56,857 bases of DNA, from the NCBI GenBank assembly GCA_001793945.1, contig MGIW01000003.1, positions 1 to 56,857 on the forward strand, given 5' to 3'. Under the pieces are notes generated by a model that saw only the letters and a program-made list of their open reading frames with translations, made no database searches and was not told the DNA's origin. Each line of letters opens with the position of its first letter. Positions within the stretch are counted from its first letter, which is position 1. The DNA is from Candidatus Wolfebacteria bacterium RIFOXYD12_FULL_48_21. Its GTDB lineage: Bacteria > Patescibacteriota > Minisyncoccia > UBA6257 > UBA9933. Positions 49,945 to 56,857 of the stretch are shown here, in pieces. Both the position numbers and the translations under genes were made by a program.

Positions 49945-51174
49945 TTATTTTCCTTGCTTGATCAGCGCTTCCACGGCGACCACGCGGTCGTATTTTACCG
50001 TGCGTTCCGGCTTGCCGGGTGCGCCCGATTTCAACCCCCATGCGCCAACGGCGACGGCAAGATCAGCAATAAAATCGTCCATGGTCTCGCCGCTGCGATG
50101 CGACACGACAACCTTCCAATTGTTGCTATATGCCATGCGCACTACGCGCAATGTTTCCGTTAATGAGCCTATTTGGTTCAGCTTTACCAAAATGGCGTTT
50201 CCCACCTGCTCGGCTATGGCCTTTTCGAACCGCTTCGGGTTCGTGGTCGTCAAATCGTCTGTAATGATCAACGCATCGAGGCCTCCTTGGTTCAAACGCA
50301 TATACAACATTTTGAAATCACCAAACGCTTCCTGCTCGAACGGATCTTCGAACGAAAGAATATCGTAGCGAAAAATGAGGTCGTAATAAATGCCCAACAA
50401 TTCCTGCGCGGAAAGCCGGCGGCCATCCACCATATACCCCCCGTCGGTAAAGAACGAAGTCGCCGCAACATCCATGCCGATGCGCAACGGATAATTATTT
50501 GCCGCAATGACCGATTTCATGAGCGCCACCGCTTCTTCGTTGCTTTCAAACGGTGCGGAGTAACCCGCTTCGTCGCCCAGCGTTACATTTTCCGCTCCGA
50601 ACTTTTGGCGAATGGCTTCGCCCAGCTTTCCGTAATATTCCTTTCCTATGCGATATGCTTCTTCGAAGCTATCCACCATCGGTATAACTTGAAACTCCTG
50701 AAAGTCGAGCTTGTTGTTCGCATGCGCGCCGCCATTGATGACATTAAAGATCGGGTACTTTACCATGCGGCTTCCCACGATCTCGAGTCCGCTGATGTCG
50801 CGAATGTAACGGAACAATTCCTTGCCCTCTTCTTGCGCTTTGAGCCGCGCGAATGCAAGCGACAATGTAAGAATCAAATTACCTCCAAGCCGTTCCTTGT
50901 TTTCCGTTCCGTCGAGGGCAATCAGAAATTCGTCAAACTCCTTTTGGCTCGCGAAGTCCTTTGCCAATATATCCGCCTTTATGGATTCAAGTATTACCTG
51001 CGCCTTCGCCGGTTCCAACACGAATGCCTCGTGCACGCCAGTGCTTTTTCCGCTCGGCGCGCTTGCCTTTGCGGATACTGTTTGCCCGTTATTATCCCAA
51101 GACAAGGTAGCTTCGAGCGTATCCTGCCCACGGGAATCCTGAATGATGATTACTGCAATGTCGTGTATTTTCAT
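49945..51174 (-). CDS. eno: enolase
   Basis: Start at MKIHDIAV. SAPSGKSTGVHEA, DDLTTTNP, VSHRSGET. Confidence 0.9.
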   Translation of the reverse strand: MKIHDIAVIIIQDSRGQDTLEATLSWDNNGQTVSAKASAPSGKSTGVHEAFVLEPAKAQVILESIKADILAKDFASQKEFDEFLIALDGTENKERLGGNLILTLSLAFARLKAQEEGKELFRYIRDISGLEIVGSRMVKYPIFNVINGGAHANNKLDFQEFQVIPMVDSFEEAYRIGKEYYGKLGEAIRQKFGAENVTLGDEAGYSAPFESNEEAVALMKSVIAANNYPLRIGMDVAATSFFTDGGYMVDGRRLSAQELLGIYYDLIFRYDILSFEDPFEQEAFGDFKMLYMRLNQGGLDALIITDDLTTTNPKRFEKAIAEQVGNAILVKLNQIGSLTETLRVVRMAYSNNWKVVVSHRSGETMDDFIADLAVAVGAWGLKSGAPGKPERTVKYDRVVAVEALIKQGK

Positions 51175-51200
51175 GGTTTCTGTATTGCGCAATACATAGT

Positions 51201-51320
51201 ATTGTCATCCCGAGCCCGTTCGACAAGCTCAGGGTAAACTCCGCGGAACGAAGTCGAGGGATCTGCATACATACTACAGATTCCTCGGCTCCGCAGAGTA
51301 CTGCCCCACTCGGAATAACA
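51201..51320. repeat. GGAATGACA-type long element
   Basis: TGTCATCCCGAGCCCGTTCGACAAGCTCAGGGTAAACTCCGCGGAACGAAGTCGAGGGATCTGC...CAGATTCCTCGGCTCCGC...CTCGGAATAACA. Confidence 0.75.
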
Positions 51321-51338
51321 AGGCGCATATCTTTCCCT

Positions 51339-52415
51339 TTAGTATACCAAAACCACATGCAAATTGCATGCGGTTGTACTGGTCCAGCACATATGAGACT
51401 CCTCGGGAGTTAATTTGTTACAAATATATCGCATCGGCGGAATAAGGCCAATAGACCAGTGTGGACGCCTGGTATTGTACCAGAGAAGCCACCGCATGAG
51501 CCTTTGGTTGAACTCCTCGATATCGTAAGCGAGAAGATATCGGTTGGGCATGATGAAGGCCTCGGAGAGCGTGCGGTTGAACCGCTCGATTTCGCTCTGC
51601 ATCTTTGGGGTGCGGGGATAGGCATGGAAATGGATGATGCCCTCCTTGTCCAGGAACGCATGGAAGTGGTCCGCAAACTCGCTCCCGTTGTCGGTCTGCA
51701 CATGGGTCAAAGAAATGGGGGCAACATCTTTGAATGTTGCCATGAAATCGGCGGCAGTTTTCGAGGAATGCGAGGCGTACGCATAGGCGAAAGCGAACTC
51801 GCTTTCGCAGTCGATGCCGGTCAGGATATATCGCTTGATGCCGTTGGTGAATCGGACGACGGTGTCCGCTTTCGCCAGCTGCCCAGCATGCCCCTTGCTG
51901 CGCAGTTTCTGCACTGTTTTGCGGGGTTTTCGCTCCATGAGGCGGCCTGTTTTGCCATTGAGAACATACCTGACCGCATTAGGGAGCTTGCCTTGCTTCT
52001 TGAGGTCGGTAAGCATTCTGCCGACCGTGGATGGGGAATGGTCGGCAATGCCGTCCTCTTTCAGGAGGACGGCTATCTTGTCTTTGCCGATCTTCTCGAA
52101 AGCACGCTCCTTGATGATGAGGTTTTTCACCGCATCGGGGATGACGCGTTCGCGCCGGCTGATCGGGGCTGTGCTTTTTGGATTCAGAGCCTCAAGCTTT
52201 CCGCCTCCTTCTTTGAGATCCTTTTGCCAGCGGAAGAGCGTGGCACGGGAAGCCTTGAAGGCTTCCCGTGTTGCCACATCCCCATGCTTCTTCCAAAATG
52301 CCAGAATGCGCATACGCTCCTGTGCCTGTTGGGTGATCATATCCCGATAGCGTAACGCCTCATTATATGTGGATACAATACCCCTAATTCCCTTGGTTTT
52401 ATTGTATTGTTGCAT
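51339..52415 (-). CDS. DDE (rve) transposase, IS481/IS3-like
   Basis: 358 aa. N-terminal HTH region, HVQTDNGSEF, YNTRRPHWSIG integrase-core motifs. The start may be the internal MITQQAQ. Confidence 0.8.
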   Translation of the reverse strand: MQQYNKTKGIRGIVSTYNEALRYRDMITQQAQERMRILAFWKKHGDVATREAFKASRATLFRWQKDLKEGGGKLEALNPKSTAPISRRERVIPDAVKNLIIKERAFEKIGKDKIAVLLKEDGIADHSPSTVGRMLTDLKKQGKLPNAVRYVLNGKTGRLMERKPRKTVQKLRSKGHAGQLAKADTVVRFTNGIKRYILTGIDCESEFAFAYAYASHSSKTAADFMATFKDVAPISLTHVQTDNGSEFADHFHAFLDKEGIIHFHAYPRTPKMQSEIERFNRTLSEAFIMPNRYLLAYDIEEFNQRLMRWLLWYNTRRPHWSIGLIPPMRYICNKLTPEESHMCWTSTTACNLHVVLVY

Positions 52416-52470
52416 GACTTTTCGGATTGCCGAAAAGTCTCATATGTATCTGAACTTATGCACGGTTTTG
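51340..52470 (-). mobile_element. IS481-family-like insertion sequence (ends approximate)
   Basis: A single DDE transposase ORF. Candidate imperfect terminal inverted repeats are CAAAACCACATGCAAATTG (51348-51366) and the reverse complement of AACTTATGCACGGTTTTG (52453-52470). I saw no clear target duplication. Confidence 0.45.
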
Positions 52471-52484
52471 ACGCGCCCCATTGA

Positions 52485-53960
52485 TTACCAATTTGGCGTT
52501 GATATCCTGTCGTTTCCCGTTTTCCATGCCGAACATGTTCCGCCAACACATACGCGCCATTCACATACCTTATAATAGTTTACGTATGATTGCGGATATA
52601 CATAGCATGGACCGTATTCTATCGTTGGCGTTCCGCCTGCCATTGCCGTTATCGTTTTGCAGTTTGCACCATTTATATCACAATAATTCCCCGAATTGAT
52701 CTGCGTTGCCTTTGCGGTCCCGTTGACGTCCAATTTTTGTGTCGGAGCCGATGCATCAATACCCACATTCCCGCCGCCTGAATTAAGGATCAGTGGAGCA
52801 TTTCCACCGGAGCCGGAATCGATTCTCCCGTTATTGCTTCCGTCTACCCATACGTACAACCCCCGCACTCCTCCGACATTCTCGATCGCAAGGCCACCGG
52901 TAAAGGCATTCGTAGATTGCCGAACGACCAGCTTTGTAGCGGGCGCCGTCGTCCCAATTCCAATATTTCCATCCCCGCGTATATATAAATAATAGTTCGT
53001 CGAGGATCTATCCATTACACTTAACGCAGCATTCGTAGACGAATCTCCTGCCCTGACTGTTAATCCCCAGCTATCATTAGGCACGGTGTTTTCTATTAAT
53101 GTCGCCCATGCGCCTGCTTGTGTGTGGCTTACTCTTAGTCTACTTGATCCAGGATTGGTATTCCCTATCCCCACATTACCTGTGATATTGGAATACATAC
53201 TGTTAGTAGATGTGGCCATCCACAACGAAGAGCCAATATCGCCCCAAGTTCCGTTGGCCTTCCCGCGAAAAGACTTGCTGGTGGAATTGTAATAAATGGA
53301 ACCGTCTATGCCGAAGGGGTCTGCGGAAATGATACCTAAGTTAAGGAGGTTAGAGAGGGATATGTTCTTCCAGCGTTTGGTGCCGGAAAAGCCGACCTCG
53401 TAACTGTCGTCCGCGTTAGGGAGCAGGTCGGAGTCGAAGGTGGCGGCGGAAACGCGGGAAATGCCTGAACGCAATGCACGGGATATCTTACTGGGGCCGG
53501 TGGCGGTATTGGAAAACTGCAGGTCGACCGAGACTTGGTCGTGGCCGCCCGAAAACTCCACGCGCTTGAAGAATGCGGTGTCGACGATGACTTTACTGGT
53601 GGTGAGGTCGGTGGATGCGGATGCGCAGTTCTGCTTTTGGAATTCATCGGGGCCTTGGGAAAGTTTCAGGACGCCGTTTTGCACAAACACGCAAGTCGGG
53701 TCAAGCGCGGGATCGTTCATGCGCAGCTTGAGCGTGCCGGTTGTAGTGGTAGCCGTTTCTATGGCCGAAGATTCACGGACCAAACGGGAAACCGTTTCCA
53801 TGGCGAACTGCAGTTGACTGGAAACTTCATCGCCCGATATTTCCTGCGTGGAAATGCGGACCACATTGGTAAGAATGCCAAACAACGATCCACCGATGAT
53901 GGCGAAGATGCCGAGGTACAACAATGTTTCCAACAAAGAGAAGCCGCGGGTGTGTTTCAT
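52485..53960 (-). CDS. type IV pilin-like (prepilin N-terminus) protein with large repeat-bearing C-terminal domain
   Basis: Start at MKHTRGFSLLETLLYLGIFAIIGG (class III signal: G/F then E at +5). Repeated GN(V/I)GIG(N/T)T.P..(K/R)L.V motifs. Cys-rich C-terminus. The start coordinate is inferred from the ORF frame, so it may be off by 1 nt. Confidence 0.7.
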   Translation of the reverse strand: MKHTRGFSLLETLLYLGIFAIIGGSLFGILTNVVRISTQEISGDEVSSQLQFAMETVSRLVRESSAIETATTTTGTLKLRMNDPALDPTCVFVQNGVLKLSQGPDEFQKQNCASASTDLTTSKVIVDTAFFKRVEFSGGHDQVSVDLQFSNTATGPSKISRALRSGISRVSAATFDSDLLPNADDSYEVGFSGTKRWKNISLSNLLNLGIISADPFGIDGSIYYNSTSKSFRGKANGTWGDIGSSLWMATSTNSMYSNITGNVGIGNTNPGSSRLRVSHTQAGAWATLIENTVPNDSWGLTVRAGDSSTNAALSVMDRSSTNYYLYIRGDGNIGIGTTAPATKLVVRQSTNAFTGGLAIENVGGVRGLYVWVDGSNNGRIDSGSGGNAPLILNSGGGNVGIDASAPTQKLDVNGTAKATQINSGNYCDINGANCKTITAMAGGTPTIEYGPCYVYPQSYVNYYKVCEWRVCVGGTCSAWKTGNDRISTPNW

Positions 53961-53967
53961 GGGATTA

Positions 53968-53976
53968 TTATAGCAT
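53968..53976 (-). promoter_or_regulatory. extended -10 (TGCTATAAT) 6 nt upstream of the pilin-like ATG
   Basis: The minus strand reads AATATGCTATAATAATCCCATG. This implies a leaderless or near-leaderless mRNA. No SD is present. Confidence 0.4.
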
Positions 53977-53989
53977 ATTGGGGAGGGGG

Positions 53990-54210
53990 GTGGGTATAGG
54001 GTAGTAGGTATAGGGTATACGGTATACGGTATGGGATGGAGTGTCATCCCGAGTGCAATGCAGCGAAGCGGAGTGAAACCGAGGGATCTGCAGTCATGAA
54101 GCAGATTCCTCGGCTGCTCCGTCCGCCAGCTGGCGGACGGATTCGCTCGGAATGACAATGCCGGGGAACAGAAATAAGAGGTAAGAAGTACGAGGTGCGA
54201 AAAGAGGGCC
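53990..54210. repeat. repeat mosaic
   Basis: GGGTATAGGGTAGTAGGTATAGGGTATACGGTATACGGTATGGG words. A long TGTCATCCCGAGTGCAATGCAGCGAAGCGGAG...CTCGGAATGACA element. AAGAGGTAAGAAGTACGAGGTGCGAAAAGAGGG words. Confidence 0.75.
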
Positions 54211-54244
54211 ACCGGTATGGGAATGCTTATGCTATACTAAACAC

Positions 54245-56419
54245 ATGAAGAAGTTGTTGCTTATTGATGCGAATGCGCTCATTCATCGTGCGTTCCATGC
54301 CATTCCAAATCTGACCACACCCGACGGGCGGCCAAGCGGTGCGCTGTATGGCCTTGCCAATGTGTTGATAAAGATATTCAGGGAAGAGCACCCCGAATAT
54401 GCGGTCGCCTTTTTTGACCGTCCGGAACCCACCTTTCGCAAGAAGATGTACGCCGAATACAAGGCACACCGCCCGAAGGCTCCCGACGAATTGGTATCGC
54501 AGATCATTGAAGCTCACAACCTGTTTGATATATTCGGCGTAAAAACATACGAAGTCCCCGGGTTTGAAGGAGACGACCTTATCGGCACCGCAGCGGAACA
54601 ATTCAAGGGAGAAAAAGATGTACAGGTCGTCATTTTGACGGGCGATCTTGATGCGTTGCAGCTGGTCGAAGGGAACAAGGTCGTCGTGGAAACACTTAAG
54701 CAGGGCATCAGCGAAACCATCACCTATGACACAACCGCGGTCGAGGCGCGCTACGGCATAACGCCTTCGCAACTTGCCGATTACAAAGGTCTTGTAGGCG
54801 ATACATCGGACAACATTGCCGGTGTGCGCGGCGTAGGGCCAAAGACCGCTGCTGCAATCATTCAAGAATTTAGTTCGCTGGAAAACTTTTTTGCAACCGT
54901 TAAAGCGTCTGATTCTACGGATAAAAAAATGCTTTCCTACAAAAAGATCGCGGAGCATGAGGAAATTGCCATGCTTTCAAAACAACTCGCGACCATTCGG
55001 CGCGATGCGCCAATTGGCATCACTTCGATTAATGAGATTAAGTATGAACAGTTCCCTATCGAGGCCATTGTTCCGTATCTGCAAGATTTGGGATTTACGA
55101 GTATTATCAAGCGGTTGGCTCCGGAAGCGCGCGAGACAAGAGGTACGAGACAAGAGGTACGAGAAACCCAAGGACAACTTTCTTTTTTGGATGCGCAACC
55201 GACACTTTCAAAAACGCTTCTTGATGATGTCGAGCGACCGCTCGTGCCCATTCTTGAAGAAATGAAGCAATGGGGCATTATGATCGACCGCGTACGCTTG
55301 GCGGAAAAGGAGGTTATACTTGATCGCGATATTGATGCGTTGACCAAGGAGCTTTATCGCGAAGCCGGACAGGTCTTTAACCCGAACTCGCCCAAGCAAC
55401 TCCTTGAACTACTCAAAACGAAATATCAGCTCAAGATCAAATCGACCAATATCGACAAGATCGAGCAGTTTCGCGCCACCGTGCCGCTTGTCGATCTTAT
55501 CCTCAAGTATCGGGAACTTTTCAAAGTAAAGTCCACCTATCTTGAGCCACTAAAACGCATGAGCGACCCTTCGACGAGCTCAGGGCAAATGGGCGACAGT
55601 CGCATCCACCCGACATTCGTACAACTCAAGGCGGCAACCGGGCGCATCACCTGCGAACAACCAAACCTGCAGAATATTCCGCCGTCGGTGCGCGACATAT
55701 TTGTCGCGCCCGCCGGCTCCAAGCTCGTTTCGCTCGATTATTCGCAGATCGAACTGCGCATCCTTGCTTCATTGACCGAAGACCCCGAAATGCTGCGCGC
55801 GTTCAAAAGCAATTCCGACATTCATCAGATCACGGCAAGCAAAATATATAATGTGCCGCTTGCGGATGTTACGCCGACCATGCGCAAGGTCGCCAAGACG
55901 CTGAACTTCGGCGTGATCTACGGCATGGGCGCACGGGCACTCGCCCAACAGAGCGGTCTTTCGCCAAAAGAGGCGAAAGCATTCATAGAAGAATACTTTA
56001 AGGATTTTGCGACCATCAAGCACTGGCAGGAGGGCATATTGGCGAAGGTCCGCGAGCAAGGATTTGTTGAGAACATCAATGGACGCATTCGGCCGCTTCC
56101 CGAAATCGTTTCGTTCAATAAGATGCTGCAATCGGAGGCTGAGCGCATGGCAATTAACTTCCCCATTCAAAGCGTCGGGGCCGACATCATCAAGTCGGCC
56201 ATGGTCAAGGTAAAGGAACATCTTTCCGCCGAAGGCCTGTGGGGTGCCGATGTAAAAATGCTTTTGACCGTACACGACGAACTCGTGTTTGAAATAAAAG
56301 ACACCGAACGCTTACCGCAGACCGTCAACGAGATCAAAGACATTTTGGAATCCGTCTATACGCTCAAGGTTCCGCTGACCGTGAATGTTGAAATCGGAGA
56401 TAATTGGGGGGAACTATAA
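54245..56419 (+). CDS. polA: DNA polymerase I (5'-3' exonuclease plus polymerase domains, no 3'-5' exonuclease domain)
   Basis: 724 aa. N-terminal FEN-like LLLIDANALIHRAFHA...GDTSDNIAGVRGVGPKTA. Polymerase motifs DYSQIELRILA, RKVAKTLNFGVIYG, VHDELVFE. Only a ~40-aa linker lies between the two domains. Confidence 0.95.
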   Translation: MKKLLLIDANALIHRAFHAIPNLTTPDGRPSGALYGLANVLIKIFREEHPEYAVAFFDRPEPTFRKKMYAEYKAHRPKAPDELVSQIIEAHNLFDIFGVKTYEVPGFEGDDLIGTAAEQFKGEKDVQVVILTGDLDALQLVEGNKVVVETLKQGISETITYDTTAVEARYGITPSQLADYKGLVGDTSDNIAGVRGVGPKTAAAIIQEFSSLENFFATVKASDSTDKKMLSYKKIAEHEEIAMLSKQLATIRRDAPIGITSINEIKYEQFPIEAIVPYLQDLGFTSIIKRLAPEARETRGTRQEVRETQGQLSFLDAQPTLSKTLLDDVERPLVPILEEMKQWGIMIDRVRLAEKEVILDRDIDALTKELYREAGQVFNPNSPKQLLELLKTKYQLKIKSTNIDKIEQFRATVPLVDLILKYRELFKVKSTYLEPLKRMSDPSTSSGQMGDSRIHPTFVQLKAATGRITCEQPNLQNIPPSVRDIFVAPAGSKLVSLDYSQIELRILASLTEDPEMLRAFKSNSDIHQITASKIYNVPLADVTPTMRKVAKTLNFGVIYGMGARALAQQSGLSPKEAKAFIEEYFKDFATIKHWQEGILAKVREQGFVENINGRIRPLPEIVSFNKMLQSEAERMAINFPIQSVGADIIKSAMVKVKEHLSAEGLWGADVKMLLTVHDELVFEIKDTERLPQTVNEIKDILESVYTLKVPLTVNVEIGDNWGEL

Positions 56420-56456
56420 TTATAACAAGTCATAAGCGACATGTTGCAATGCGACA

Positions 56457-56492
56457 TAAAAATCCCGTCCGCGAAAGCGTACGGGATTTTTA
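56457..56492. terminator. bidirectional terminator after polA
   Basis: AAAAATCCCGTCCGCG-AAA-GCGTACGGGATTTTT. Confidence 0.7.
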
Positions 56493-56577
56493 TGTGCCAT
56501 ACTTCATAGATTCACCTTAGACTTACCCTTGGCGAAGCTATTTCTATAAAAGATGATGGCCGTTGTTTACCCAATTG

Positions 56578-56857
56578 TTAAACCTTACAGCACCTCCAAC
56601 TGAAGCCGGCATCCCCCGATCCAGTTGTGCCACAATGCATATTATAAAATTCATCATGATGACCTCTTCCAAAATCGCCATAGCTCACACAAGCGGCTCC
56701 CCGGGCAGAGCATGTGGTATTCCCTGTTTGACCTGCAACCTTTCTAACATCCGAGCAAGTGAGTACCCCTCCCCCTCCCGTTGCCGCCCTGCAATTATTT
56801 CCATTCTGATCGCAATATTCCGTGGCGCCCACTTTTCCCTCAACATCCAATTTCAAG
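56578..56857 (-). CDS. 3' end of a gene paralogous to the pilin-like C-terminal domain (5' part beyond the window)
   Basis: KLDVEGKVGATEYCDQNGNNC parallels KLDVNGTAKATQINSGNYCDINGANC in 52485-53960. Cys-rich tail. Open to the right window edge. Confidence 0.55.
   Translation of the reverse strand, partial: LKLDVEGKVGATEYCDQNGNNCRAATGGGGVLTCSDVRKVAGQTGNTTCSARGAACVSYGDFGRGHHDEFYNMHCGTTGSGDAGFSWRCCKV

Noticed and set aside
50173-51237. Long antisense ORFs inside well-identified genes: 354 aa opposite eno, 298 aa opposite the transposase, 294 aa opposite hisS, 270 aa opposite rSAM B, 243 aa opposite polA and 306 aa opposite the response regulators and fba.
   Set aside because: The opposite strand encodes proteins with unambiguous family motifs. 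The antisense ORFs lack motifs and an RBS.
53941-54000. Apparent one-nucleotide discrepancy in the G-run near 53985 between my hand reading and the frames of ORFs 52485-54212 and 53535-53999.
   Set aside because: It is most likely my counting error in a homopolymer. I used the ORF-track frame to place the pilin-like start at 53960, and I flag a possible 1-nt error for features in this stretch.
22153-54210. Possibility that the recurring intergenic repeats are CRISPR arrays.
   Set aside because: There is no regular repeat-spacer periodicity. The units are palindromic, heterogeneous and scattered singly or in irregular mosaics. No cas genes are present in the window.
1-56857. Search for tRNA and rRNA genes.
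   Set aside because: The only T-arm-like GTTCAATTC/GGTTCGA-type signature with a matching acceptor stem is the tmRNA at 36509-36847. I saw no cloverleaf candidates or rRNA-like conserved blocks by eye. A tRNAscan or Infernal run should confirm this.

Overview
The window reads as a small, gene-dense bacterial genome, possibly an uncultivated Patescibacteria/CPR-type organism. That placement is inference from compact housekeeping genes, an rpoA without an alpha-CTD, a polA without a proofreading domain and dense GGAATGACA palindromic repeats. It splits into two parts.

(1) Positions ~1-24.8 kb are AT-richer and accessory-like.
- A nucleotide/glycosyl operon: NDK-like, MazG-like, nucleotidyltransferase and a GT4::Nudix fusion, with GT9 and APH-like kinase neighbours.
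- A PaaK-like adenylating enzyme with an Rv1355c-type ThiF/E1-like enzyme.
- Three radical-SAM/SPASM maturases, each next to an unannotated short ORF with a strong RBS. Two are paired convergently with paralogous HExxH proteins. These look like RiPP-type loci.
- Two Tiki/TraB/GumN-like proteins, each preceded by an acidic ~50-aa peptide.
- Many other small ORFs, plus gene fragments that point to recombination.

Two locus-specific repeat families organise this part. R is a ~120-bp module present six times: a consensus sigma70 promoter followed by a leaderless 28-codon start. L is a ~100-nt conserved 5' leader present four times: it has mutually exclusive hairpins and is driven by a promoter whose -35/-10 spacer is a (TA)n tract of differing length (14, 16, 20 or 22 bp).

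(2) Positions ~21-56.8 kb are core housekeeping.
- Genes: fba, ychF, clpP-like, yqeY, rpsU, HIT, hisS, lepB, pth, an M19 dipeptidase, an LCP protein, argS, smpB, tmRNA, infC-rpmI-rplT, Nudix, rpsJ, tuf, rplQ-rpoA-rpsD-rpsK-rpsM-rpmJ-infA, gpmI, eno, an IS481-like element, a pilin-like protein and polA.
- Nearly every intergenic gap holds a mosaic of GGAATGACA-type palindromic units, or hairpins built from a locus-specific tandem word.

I found no rRNA, tRNA or CRISPR. Coordinates I derived by hand may be off by 1-2 nt.
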